Below, piece by piece: positions 13,601-26,039 of a DNA stretch of 64,000 nt. Position 1 is the first letter of the stretch. The number at the start of each line of letters is the position of its first letter. A program made the position numbers and the translations under genes. The notes beneath the pieces are model-generated. The model searched no databases. It saw only the letters and a program-made list of their open reading frames with translations, and was not told where the DNA came from. The stretch comes from Eledone cirrhosa (Eukaryota): NCBI GenBank assembly GCA_964016885.1, contig OZ024746.1:35278001-35342000 (forward strand), in the 5' to 3' direction.

Positions 13601-13606
<6 letters not shown>
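13378..13606. mobile_element. Rearranged family A copy (inverted right end + left end + inverted left end)
   Basis: 13381-13435 is the reverse complement of 7520-7574; 13438-13535 is the left end; ~13535-13606 is its inversion. Confidence 0.8.
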
Positions 13607-13638
<32 letters not shown>

Positions 13639-13642
<4 letters not shown>

Positions 13643-13878
13643 CAAGAGATAAGAGTAACATGGTTGTCTGTACAATAAGGGCTTTATTCCATGTTACTCT
13701 TATCTCTTGAATTATTATTACTACAAGTATAACCTACATAGAAATCACCGTGAACTCGCTGCATCACAATGCGTCTTGTTGAATCAAACTAAGCCATACA
13801 TAATACCATCCACAACACAGAGTACTCTAACTGGACTACCTCTAAGTGGATTGCCTATAACGATAACTTGTTATCCCG
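13639..13878. mobile_element. (TA)n-inserted fold-back module
   Basis: aattcaagagataagagtaacatgg and ccatgttactcttatctcttgaatt form perfect 25-bp arms; TA tracts on both sides. Confidence 0.6.
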
Positions 13879-13900
13879 TATATATATATATATATATATA

Positions 13901-15072
13901 TGATAATAATGGAGCTGCGGCGTTGCAAATGGGTTACATATGAAAAAGTTTGTCTTTCATCAGTGGTCTTCCAACCGTCCTAGGCATTTCATCGCTTTAA
14001 AGACCATATACCTCAGGTTGGTGCGAGCAACGGCTAAAAAAAGTCGTTGGGACACGTAAATAAAGGGGACGGTAGGGTAAACAAACAAAATGGTTTAAGC
14101 AATAGAAAGTGATGAATAAAGAGACAAGTCCCAGATTTCTATGAATATAAATTCGGTGAAATCGTGAACGAGAGAATAAAGACCATCAAACCTGGTTGAA
14201 ATGTGAGCAAGGAAGGAATTTCGCACAGGTCTAACGGGAGGAAGAAGGGGTCTGGTCTGCGAATTCGGTAAACATAAGTTCTGTGAAGTCGCAGACGAGA
14301 GAGAGAGAGAGAAAAAAATTCATACCGGCTTGACCAAGAGGGTGCGAGAAAAGAATTACGGACAGGTCAAACGGGAAGAAAGAGGAGGAGGAGAGGTAGT
14401 GACAGAGAATGAGTGAGTGAAGGGTGAGGAAGAGGCTAACAGAGAGAGAGAGACTGCTAGAAAGGGTAAAGATACAAAGAACGAAACAGACGGGTAGCAG
14501 CAGAGGAAAAAATATATGTGTAAATATGATAATAATGGAGCTGCGGCGTTGCAAATGGGTTACATATGAAAAAGTTTGTCCTTCATCAGTGGTCTTCCAA
14601 CCGTCCTAGGCATTTCATCGCTTTAAAGACCATATACCTCAGGTTGGTGCGAGCAACGGCTAAAAAAAGTCGTTGGGACACGTAAATAAAGGGGACGGTA
14701 GGGTAAACAAACAAAATGGTTTAAGCAATAGAAAGTGATGAATAAAGAGACAAGTCCCAGATTTCTATGAATATAAATTCGGTGAAATCGTGAACGAGAG
14801 AATAAAGACCATCAAACCTGGTTGAAATGTGAGCAAGGAAGGAATTTCGCACAGGTCTAACGGGAGGAAGAAGGGGTCTGGTCTGCGAATTCGGTAAACA
14901 TAAGTTCTGTGAAGTCGCAGACGAGAGAGAGAGAAAAAATATTCATACCGGCTTGGCCAAGAGCGCGCGAGAAAAGAATTATGGACAGGTCAAACGGGAA
15001 GAAAGAGGAGGAGGAGAGGTAGTGACAGAGAATGAGTGAGTGAAGGGTGAGGAAGAAGCTAACAGAGAGAGA
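13901..15072 (-). mobile_element. (TA)n-inserted partial tandem dimer, family C2 (unit ~626 bp)
   Basis: tgataataatggagctgcgg at 13901 and 14527; units nearly identical; first ~150 bp homologous to C1. Confidence 0.85.
14577..14680 (-). ncRNA. Candidate permuted/pseudoknotted hammerhead-like RNA (C2 unit 2; unit 1 at 13951-14054)
   Basis: Minus: TGTCC CAACGAC ttttttta GCCGTTG c TCGC a CCAACC tga GGTAT A TGGTCTT taaa GCGA T GAA ATGCC taggac GGTTGG AAGACCA CTGATGA A GGACA. Confidence 0.55.
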
Positions 15073-15086
15073 ATATATATATATAT

Positions 15087-15545
15087 GTAAAAGTTCTATT
15101 TAAATTGTTGGGATACAACAAGCAAATATTTTTATAACTGATATAAAGCACTCAACAAATATTTGGTGTAAAAATACAATATTAACAAATGAAAACTATA
15201 TTTATAAAACCATATTTATTTCATTATACATATTTCAAAAACACCAAGTTAGATTATGGTGTGCTTTCATCAGATAAAATATAATATAGATCAGTTTTAT
15301 AAATAAATATTGACATACCCTTAAAGAATGCAACCATTACTGTTGGAAGCTCCCGGATAGACTATCCGGGAGCTTCCAACAGTAATGGTTGCATTCTTTA
15401 AGGGTATGTCAATATTTATTTATAAAACTGATCTATATTATATTTTATCTGATGAAAGCGCACCATAATTTAACTTGGTGTCCTTGAAATATGTATAATG
15501 AAATAAATATGGTTTATAAATATAGTTTCCATTTGTTAATATCGT
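15087..15545. mobile_element. (TA)n-inserted long palindromic module, family D copy 1
   Basis: ~180-bp inverted arms 15179-15360 and 15362-15542, centre at 15361; homologue in the opposite orientation at 37122-37588. Confidence 0.85.
15441..15505 (+). ncRNA. Minimal type I hammerhead, family D (mirror copy on minus at 15217-15281)
   Basis: TATTTTAT CTGATGA AAG.CACCA..TGGTG.CTT GAAA TATGTA TA ATGAAATA; 8-bp stem I, self-complementary stem III; predicted cut after 15497. Confidence 0.8.
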
Positions 15546-16624
15546 ATATATATCTATATATATATATGAATGTAATTGTATATAAGTGTGTATGTTCCCA
15601 ATCTAACTTCTTGTTTGCGTCTCACCAACAATAATTTTAATCTGTAATCGTAACTATATCTTCACGTGTGGTACGTGTGTTTCTTTGAAGTACAGGTCTA
15701 ACCCAACTCTCGGCCTACTTCTGTCAGCCTCTCAATACTCTAATCTATCACAGTATCTGTATATTTATGTCTAACCATATTGAGTAGGGCACTATTTATA
15801 AGTGTAATACTGATAGATCCATCCTTCTCTATATGTAGTTATTAAAATAATTAAATCGTTTAAAAAATAACACGCATTTACTTTCACCACCAGCTACCCT
15901 TCTTCTCTACGTTCTCCTCTTTCTGCTCACACTCACACACGCTTGCATAACCATAAATCTCCCTCTTCAAATTAAACCTTCAGTTTCATTTGTTCCCCTT
16001 CATTTCCTCACACGAAGAAGAAGAGGGACGAAACGTTAAAGCATACACTCCCTAAAGTGAATTAAAAATAAATCATAAATGAGAATAAGCAGCTGAATTA
16101 TACATTAAAACATCTGATAGTTTGAAATGATTTTAAAAATCTAATCTTTATCGCATTTTTACAACGTAAAACAACTTTGTTTTAATAGCCATTGATTTGT
16201 TCATCTTCATATAGATTATTTTATAATTTAATTTCAAAGATATTCAGCGATATAATAAGGGTATAAACAATTGTAGTTTCGATTTATACATTAATTTTTA
16301 TAGACGTTAAGTGCATTCAATAAGAAAAGTATTCGAAGAAAAAAATGATATTCAATAACAAAAGTAGGTCATAATTAATTTCGTACTTTAATATCCAATA
16401 TCGTCATCACTAGTGAAATGCTATCGATATGTTTATTGTGGAATTTGGTATATCCTTGTGTGATCAGAAAATATTAATCTTGTGGATATAGACCCCGACC
16501 ACAATTCCTGGGTTTCCGTACAAACCATTTTCCATCACTGAAGATGCGGGGGACTAAATAGTTCCCAAATTCGTTAGAAATATCAGCCGACTCCTCTCTA
16601 AATACCATTGACCTTCATGGAGCG

Positions 16625-16994
16625 GGAGTGAGTCCAACGTTGAGCGCGTGTGGCAGGTGATGTGTGGCATTCGTCGGCTGACTGTTCGACTGATCGCAAG
16701 TGAACTGGGCTTGAACTGCAACAGTTTTGGCAGGACAACTCATTACTGATGATTTTTCCCCTTTTCCCCCACGCTCAAAGATGGTCAAGTTGAACATTTC
16801 CGGACGTAGAAGCCATCAAGAGGGCCGTGACGAAGGAGCTATATAGGATCCCCGGATAATCCTTCCATGAGTGCTTGGAGGCGGGGCGTAGTAGGATGAG
16901 AAAGTGCATTTGTCTGGAAAATACTTGTCGTTTTTAGTTAGGATTTGAAATATTTGTTTATGCGATTCCAGTAATGCTCCATTTCTGATATACT

Positions 16995-17000
<6 letters not shown>
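16625..17000 (+). pseudogene. Internally deleted mariner transposon relic
   Basis: Translates ESNVERVWQVMCGIRRLTVRLIASELGLN (mariner HTH region), then DVEAIKRAVTKELYRIP and EKCI (C-terminus); ends in TIR-like tttctgatatacttcgta. Confidence 0.75.
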
Positions 17001-17083
<83 letters not shown>

Positions 17084-17472
17084 GCTTAGCTACTTAATGC
17101 CTCAAAAAGAGGGGTTATATTTATTTATTTTAGAGAAGTATTCGAAATCGAATGAAATAGAATTAGTTGTGTGAGACTCACTTTTAACAAATATATATGT
17201 AGCAGCAATTTGAACTTTTGTACTGATGTCAGCAAAGTAGGTTAGAGTCTCCACATGCTGGCCTCTGGGCAACACGATGTTCATTTTTTTCTTTGTTTCT
17301 AATTATTGTCGACAGCTTGTCTAGGGAAAACAACTCAACTGAGGTCATTGGCAGTTATTTGAAATAACACTTTCTTAGGACCATTCTGTTCACAGTCAAT
17401 CTAGGCAGCTGCAGTTTTTATACCAACCAGCTAAGATGTAGTGGTCAACTGTCTCACACACCAATCACATTG

Positions 17473-17533
<61 letters not shown>

Positions 17534-18045
17534 TTGCCTCTTTCTTTCTCTTGGTCTCGCATCAGTCAGGCCATCAAAATTCATCACATCAACAAAAGTT
17601 TGGTAAATACATTTCTAATAATACCTTTGGAGGAAAACTTGCAAGCACACTTATTCTACATGATGCATATAACATCATACAGTTAAACTGTGGTTATTTG
17701 TTTTTCATGTATTGTGTATTGTCGTATAACTTCGACGAAAGTTATATTTAATAAATAAATAACATAGAGGCTTTGTTTTATTGTGATTTATATATTTCAT
17801 TTCCTACCCAAGGAATCATCACCATCATAAACACTTTATTCACTTACTTGCACACACGCAATCTCTGATTACACTATATCAGGCACATCATATCAATCTC
17901 CTTTCCTTACTCTCTACACGGAGCAAATTAATCAACACCACCCTAGCACCAGACTCGCTATTGTTTTTACCGCTATAACTAGCATTTTCATCGATGTATA
18001 CATATATATATAGAGATATATACACACATATATATATATATATAT

Positions 18046-18146
18046 AGGGTGTCTGCAAAAATGTATACACACTTTGATTACCTGTACATGTAATATTTAT
18101 TATAATGCTGTTGAAGTGTGTCTACATTTTGGGGGGACACCCTGTA
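18046..18146. mobile_element. Tc1/mariner-type MITE (~100 bp)
   Basis: TIRs agggtgtctgcaaaaatgtatacacactt and aagtgtgtctacattttggggggacaccct, flanked by TA. Confidence 0.7.
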
Positions 18147-19669
18147 TGTGTTTGTGTATATATATATATATAATGTATAATTTACTTGGAAGTTAACCAG
18201 GAACTCAAAGCACCGGCTCTGGTAACATCAGAGAGATTGTAACATCAGAGAGATTTGAATGTAGATAAATGATAATCTTTATAATAACGGTTTCTAATAA
18301 GCACAATACTTCCTCAAAATATAAATTAAAAACCATATGGTTGATAACAATAAGTAAACAATAAACTAACAGGTGTGTTATATATTGTTTTTTTTAATAT
18401 TTTTTATATTACCTAAAAGCTGCTTGAGAGCTGATAGCTGATTGGTGTAAGCATAAGCATTGGTGTCGCTGGTGTGCATCAAGGAAGACAAGGCTCACTG
18501 ACAGACTGTGTTAGTCAGTCAGACTAGTTAGTTAGCTACCTACGTTGATTGAAACTTACCTAGTTAGGTACATACCTATATAGATGTATTATATATAGTA
18601 TATGTTAGCGTTCTGTGTGTGTTACTTTTATCATATAGATATAATATATACATATATTTTTTTACCGACCACTCTCTCTCTATATATTTTTTTTATTTTT
18701 CTATCTATGTATCTATCTTTCAATAAACGCACACTATCTCATTTAAACATACGTAGCTTCTTTCTATATGGATAATTTACACGTGTGTGTAGCATGGCAG
18801 GATTTATTCGAAGTGGATTTTTTACTAGTTTTTAACTAAAGAGAAGAGGAAACAAAGAAAGCAGAACGGATGAATAGAAATACACAAATATAACAAGTGT
18901 GTTTTTATATTGACGGAGTTTTGGAATTAGTGATACTACTACTGCTAATTAGAAATCTTTGGAGTTCAGGGGAATGGACTACACCGATCTGTAGTCTTAT
19001 GTGTGTGTGTGTGGTTTTTGTCAGGAATCAATTGTAATTATCACAATTTCAAAATGATTTCAAAAGGTAAGCTAAATTTCTATTGTTTTTCTCCATAGTT
19101 ATTGCTGTTGGGCGACCACCGATTTATTTGAAATTTATCTTTTTCTTCTTCTTTCTTACTCGTCTCTCTATCATATAATATATTTTTTAAAGAACTTATT
19201 TTAACTTTTACGACTCACTTTTGTGTTTTCACATTTGTGTTTTCATATCCCAGAAAAGTTATTTAGTTGTCAGCAAATTTTCGTCTTTTTATCGATCCAG
19301 CAGAAAAATTGTTTTTGCTGTTATGGGTCAAATTAAATTTACGGGGGAGCAAAAGCAAACCAAAAAATGTTTTGTTCCCGTATGTCTTATTCGTTTCAGT
19401 GTTTGGTCGCCGACCACGCGAGGCCACCGCCTTAAATCATAACTCTGCTCTATCAATGTCGATCTGGGGCTTAACACAACCAGTACTGTTTTCGTTGCTG
19501 AAGATTGTTTAACTATTAACACATGCTTGTTAACACTACCCCCGACACATTATAAAAAACATACCAACTGTGTCGGGCTTTTTCAAGCACTATCTAGTAG
19601 TACTTTGATTTTTAAAATATTTTTCTGCTTCATTCAGCGTGTAGTGGGCTGTTGTTTTTTATGTACTTC

Positions 19670-19820
19670 TCAGCTCACATCGAGCATACCTTATAATCAA
19701 CGGAATACCAGTCGTGGATATCCCATGTGTCCTTTTCTAATGCGGCAAGGATGTGATTTGGGGGGAGATTTAGCTGCTATATCTCGCACGTCAACCGTCT
19801 GTGTAGAGGCTCCTGTTATC
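19670..19820 (+). repeat. Dispersed repeat family R, unclassified
   Basis: gtgatttg.gggagattt.gctgctat..ct.gca.gtcaa recurs at ~24440, 43960-45330 (several), 48010-48190, 59060-59190, and reversed at ~55460 and 56120-56450. Confidence 0.55.
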
Positions 19821-20159
19821 TTGTCGTTTAATGGTGGCAGCTGATTTAAGTGTTTGACTTATACACGTTCTACCACTGTTTCTTTCGTTCTCTTTCATAC
19901 ACACACATATATATGTGTGTGTGTGTGTATAAATAACATTTGGCAACAGGTACAAAAACTTTGCGGTCATCGGCCATCGAAATGGACCTAAACAACTACC
20001 TACACAACTTTGACCCATTTCGACGAAAATGTTAGTCCGTTCAGGGTCAGTGTGTAAACAATGTATTCAATCACTGTCCCAGATTATTTTATAATACGAA
20101 AACAAAACAAAACTTACGAGAAATACATGGCGATGACTAAATGCATATATATTATAACT

Positions 20160-20213
20160 ATCGAGTACTCTGGTGCGCTATGGTCCACCTTGATCCCTAC
20201 CATACTTTCCTTG

Positions 20214-20215
<2 letters not shown>
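20160..20215 (+). mobile_element. Family G terminal fragment abutting (TA)n
   Basis: gagtactctggtgcgctatggtccacc..actttccttgttata resembles the reverse complement of 8792-8846. Confidence 0.6.
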
Positions 20216-20605
<390 letters not shown>

Positions 20606-21097
20606 TTAATTCGACTTGATATGGGATATTTTCCGTTCGTCGTTTTACATTAAAATTCCTATTCGCTCCTTACAATGGGTTAACAAAATAACCAAAAAAA
20701 AAAAAAAAACTCCGTGAAGTGAAGAAAGTTTAAGTTGTTTAAAACACCTTTTGTAAGTTTGTCTAAAGGTAAACTCGTGTAATGAATTCTTTAGTGATGT
20801 ACCATTTTATTGCTAATAACATGTTTATTGCCCCACCCTAGGTATCACTCTCTCCCATTCCCCTCTCTTTCTACCTTGCTCTTTTCTTATGACATTTATA
20901 GTCCTTTCCTCTACTTTATTCCTTTTCTATCTTCTTTTTTCATTTCTTAATTTTGTTTTTATCTCTTTTTTTTTTATATTTCCATCATTGTATAACTCCT
21001 GTTTGTAAAATATAAGGAAAATGTGTAGCAATTGTCAACAGAAGCTAAAGAATAAATAAACAAATCGTAGTGTATAAAGCGTTTATGTATGTAATGT

Positions 21098-21370
21098 GTG
21101 GAGGCGCGTGGCCTTTTGGTAAGGGTGTTAGATTTATGATCATAATGTCGTGAGTTCCTTGACTGGGTTGTGTGTCCTGTTCTTGAGCAAAATATTTCAT
21201 TTCACGTTTCCCCAGTATTCACAGCTCAATATGAGTACCAGTGAGGTTTAACCTGCGTTGGATTTAATCGGCGTCATGTCAAGTGGGGAGTCTTGTATTG
21301 TTAGTCGTTTAAACCTACAGAAACCGGGATAAGTACCGGTCTGATGACCCCCCGTGTTAGAGACAGACGT
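21098..21370 (+). mobile_element. tRNA-derived SINE, family S2
   Basis: gtggaggcgcgtggcc..ggtaagggtg (A-box-like), gtcgtgagttc (B-box-like), then ttcttgagcaaaatatttcatttcacg. Confidence 0.65.
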
Positions 21371-22479
21371 AATATTTATGTAATGAATCTGTCGGTTACA
21401 GTGATCAATATTATATTTCGATCAGCTGAAATGCCAACTTATACTTTAAATAGCTAGGTATTCCAGTGATATTGGTCCCCTCCCAGGCAGTTACAAAGCT
21501 GTTTATTTGAAATGTAGTTCTTATCTACACTTAATTTCTCTTGCCCAAAATGCTGCGTTATAGGATCGAACTTCTTCACACGGCTATGCCTGCATTCACA
21601 TACTTATGACAAGAGACTTGTATATGAGTTCCTTAAATATAAAAAGAAAAGAGGGATAACCTGTAAAATATGACAAGAAATGTATTTAGTGCAGGCTGCT
21701 ATATATCAAAGGATTAAACATATTTTGGTTGACCTCTAGTACTCTGTGTGGCACATACACATCTCTATTTAAGATATTCACCGACCACTAGTCCGGTGGT
21801 TTAGTTGTAGCAGTTTTTAAATTTAAGGACTAATATACAATCACATTTACTATTATTTTATATTATTTACATTTTTGGCATAGAGGAAGGGGTTTTGTTC
21901 ATAGCTTCGTAACCCCTCGAAGACGTCTCTTTAACACTCTCCCCCAATTACCAAAAGTACACATTCCTCACACAGCAAGTGTTATAGAGTTAGACATAGA
22001 TTAAAAACAAATTTAAGAAGATTGGCTGGTCGTGGTCTATGTAGTTAAAAACAAATTGTATTTATTGGTACAAAAGCCACATTTCTTAAACTGGTAAGAC
22101 GTTGTGATGAGGGTAAGAAAGCTCCTTACGTGTTGGGAAATGTCTTTCATTAGTTGATTCTTTTATGTATATGTGATAGGATGCATTTATTGTGGTTCAA
22201 CGCTTATCAGTAAAACGCTTGTGAATGGTTGGTTCCAGAAATACTTTCATAAGTTTGTCATAACTGTCTCGAGTGGGTGAGGGGGAAACCTTAAGGTGGC
22301 CGTTCGCTTTGTTAGATTTAGCTGTTGAATTCCCTCATATCACACCCTCACACTAGAGTCTTTAAAAGCAGACATGTCATATTCAAGCTAACCTTTGATC
22401 ATGAGTTTTCCCAATTAGAACATGCCTCATTTAAAATAATGTCAATCATGTTCCTGCAACTGGTACAGCCAGTTGTTGG

Positions 22480-22725
22480 GGTCCACTCTAATCGAAGTCA
22501 GCCATCGCCACTGGTCTCTACTATCCATCGTGTATAGACGGATTTCGGTGTTGTGAGCAGTTCAGTTTTTGTTGTTGTCGGACAAGGATTTGTTTTGCCT
22601 CGTCTTCCCCCTCCATTGACTGTACCCTGAAGAAGAATTTTTAGACATGGAGTTGTGGCAGGATACATGACCATACCGTCTTTTCACCATCGCAGGGAGT
22701 GGTTCCTGTCTGCCACCATATTTGT
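22480..22725 (-). pseudogene. 3' fragment of an RTE (BovB-like) LINE
   Basis: Minus translation YGHVSCHNSMSK..QGTVNGGG.RGK (frameshifted) matches the RTE C-terminal GHV..K.ILQG...G.R.RGR motif. Confidence 0.6.
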
Positions 22726-24780
22726 TAAATTGCTACCAAAATTGCGCAGCGTAGAGTAAATTCTATTCAATGAATGAAATCATACGCAAAGATGTCTGCT
22801 GCAAGTAAACTTAATAGTAAAGTGGGCGATACATGTAGTATGCCAAGAAATTTTAATTAATTAAAATAACACCTTTAGTAATGGAAAACTCAATAGTAAA
22901 TTAAACACTAAGGGTGTAATCTTAATTAATTACAATTTCTTATACTACATCATGCTAACACTCACTTTACTATTTAGTTAGTCTATTTAAACGACTTTCA
23001 ATAAACGAGTAAAATATTTCAAATTTGATATGTTGTACAGCTGTGTAAGTATTCTATTTCCTGTTAACTCTGATTTCCAACAATGGACTCAAAATAACAT
23101 TTCTAGTTTGGATATAGTTGATTAAATTAGCATCAATGCTTGGCTGGTAATGTGGTATTGACTTCAGAAAGAGCCATCTCGAGGGCTTCTACATGATCGC
23201 TTGATCTGCTAGAAGTAACTGAAAATCATAATATTAAATAATTATTTTTGTATTGGCCACAAGGCGGATCTCTATTATTCTCCCTGCAAATAGTTGACAA
23301 AAAATATCTCTATCGTTGTTGAACATCCAGAAGATGACTCCAATGAAAGCACTTAATAAAATATTTCGACAATGCAATATAAGATTATTTCTTGTCTTTA
23401 ACCTTGCAGAAAAGTTGCTTTCATCTATTGAAGTTCTTATAAGACCTCATTGATGCAGTATATTTGACTTCGTTTCAAAAGTACAAGGGCTTTTTTTTTT
23501 TTTTTTAGTATTTTGTATACAGAATTCTTCGCTGAAGTTTGGTATTGGAGTCTAAATGGGTGAGGGTGATCATGTCTTGAATACTTTTGACCATTCTTTT
23601 CCAAACCAGGATTGACTTTGGGCAGTGCTGAACTCACCTATAAGCTATTTTTGAGGGCCACACACCCACATATGGCAAATGGAATAAAGTAGTTAAAAGG
23701 AACATTTTGTAACTAATTTAATTTTGTAATCATTAATTTATAAACATCATGTATAATTATTTTAGACTTTTTACCCTAATGTTTTTTTTTTTAAGACGCG
23801 CCTCACATTTCGTATGTCTTAGGGTCTTAGCAAGTGAAAGTCCGGTCCTGACCTAGTGCCATATAATAACTTCTAGTATGAAAAGCATTCAACAGCGGTG
23901 GACACTGTATACGACGTTTTATTTGCAGCTATTAAAAAAAGGATTTAGAAAAATAAAATGTAAAGTTAATCCCGCTAGGAATTGAACTCGAAACGTAAAA
24001 TAAAACAGTATTAACGATGTTGAATTGATTTTGCTATTAAGAGTAATGTTTTTTCTAATTTTATCACAAGTTCACACATTTGGGCGGGTAAGATCGATTC
24101 GATCGAAATTTAAATCATTTAAGCAAAGGTCAAGCCTGCCGGCATTAAATTAGCGTAGGGATGTGGTTTGTGTGATGTTTTATCTTTCTAGACATCACCT
24201 CGTTTAAACTATTAGTGATTTTTTAACATAGGTACATCACATAGTTGAATTAACTATTTGGGGCTGACTTCTTTATATCATCGACCCTGACAGGAAGAAT
24301 AAATAAGAAACTCGACCTTGGTTATATATGAACGTATTCAGATAATTGACTCGTGTTGCTATCGTGCTAATACGACATCGGTACATTTCAAATACACACA
24401 CATACACCTTTGTTGATTTTTTTTTTTTTTAACGACAGGATGGGTTTGGCTGCTATTTCAAGCAGTCCTAGAGATCATACAACGTTGAAATGAGATAAAC
24501 AAGCAATTAGTACACGTAGTTAAGGTGATTCATTTCTTCGAAGCAAAATTGTTACCCTGTCGTTCTATTTATTGTGTGTATATGTGCACGACTTAAACTA
24601 AATATGTTTATCAACTGCAAGATAATCTTTACCTGTTTTAGTTATCTCCCCTTGTCACCTGCCAGTTGACATACTTTTGATTTATGACTCACACTTCTGC
24701 AGTAGAAATACTAAACTTGTATATACAGCTCGTATACGGACAGGAGGGAATAGCGGATAGAATCCAGATGATGTATGATA

Positions 24781-25066
24781 AATAATTGTTTCTACTTTAG
24801 GCACAAGGCCAGCAAATCAACAGTGCATTACTGGTACTTTATTTTATCGACCCTGTAAGGATGAAAGGCAAAGTCAAGCTAAATAATTGTTTCTACTTTA
24901 GGCACAAGGCCAGCAAATACCCAGTGTGTTACTGGTACTTTATTTCATCGACCCCGTAAGGATGAAAGGCAAAGTCAACCTCGGCGGGATTTGAACTCAG
25001 ATCGTAAAGGGACGTAACTATGCTGGAAAGCATGGCGTCCGACCCTCTACCGATACTGCCAATCCA
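24781..25066 (-). mobile_element. SINE S1 with a tandem duplication of its 3' ~100 bp
   Basis: aataattgtttctactttaggcacaaggccagcaaat at 24781 and 24882. Confidence 0.85.
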
Positions 25067-25149
25067 AATGACAAGTAGATTCCGCTCGCTTGCGTATTTA
25101 CTGAACAGGTACATCATCATCGTTCCTTTTACGCCCGTTTCTCTATATA

Positions 25150-25312
25150 AAGGTGTCTAGTTAACAGAATCGTTAGAAGGTCGACTAGAATTCTTTGCGG
25201 TATTCATTTCGGCTCACTGCTCTCTGAGTTCAAATCCCACTACAGAATACTTTGCCTTTCATTCATTCGAGATCGATAAAAAACGTATTAATCTAGTACA
25301 GGGGTCGATTCT
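25150..25312 (+). mobile_element. SINE S1-related copy
   Basis: ctgagttcaaatcccac..tttgcctttcat..gataaaaaacgta. Confidence 0.65.
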
Positions 25313-26039
25313 TCCTTCATATCTCTTTCTCACTTCTCTCTCATTCTCAATCTTTTTCTTGCACATCACATTTGATTCTTCATATACTGAGTTTTTCTCT
25401 CAGCTCATCCATATTGACATATTTTTTTTATTTTTGCTTTTTACTGATAACTCCAAGACAGCGAAAATAAATGAAGATGTATCTAACATAGTTAAATTGT
25501 ACAATTGCACACGTCTGGTGACAGCTGTGAAATATGCACATTCCGATCCCATGTTAAAAACTGCCAGAAATTATTCGTTTTTTTTAAATTACCGATGGAG
25601 TTGAATTCTATATTTTTCATATTGTATTTGATCTATTCTGAATGCATATTGTCTTCAAAAACCGTCGGAAATTATTTGTTCTCCCCCTCCACACCCATAG
25701 TTAACTGAAAAACGAATAATTTCCTGCTGTTTTGAAGGTCTTATTCGTTAAAAACGCATCAAAAGGAATAGGAAAAACAAATTTCACCTCCAAAGCAAGA
25801 TTGATGGAATTGAAAATTAAAACAACAAAAAAATCCGCTCCTCCCTCTCCAGATTACTAAAATACTAATAATTAACGACTTTTGAACGTCAGGTTCGTTC
25901 AAAACATTAAAACCTATTGGAAACAATGGACGAGGGTAAATGTGAAAAAAAACTACCAAAGTATGTATATATATATATATATCATAATGACAAATTTAGT
26001 CTCACTGTCAGTAGTTTAAGCTGTGATAATATCACAGCT

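Noticed and set aside
11850-15560. CRISPR- or integron-like reading of the module chain
   Set aside because: Spacers are variable-length microsatellite, modules are dispersed repeats, no cas or integrase gene is present, and the context is eukaryotic
16000-16050. gacGAAACGTTA resembling a minimal HHR stem III
   Set aside because: No recognisable CUGANGA or stem I upstream; at best a decayed relic
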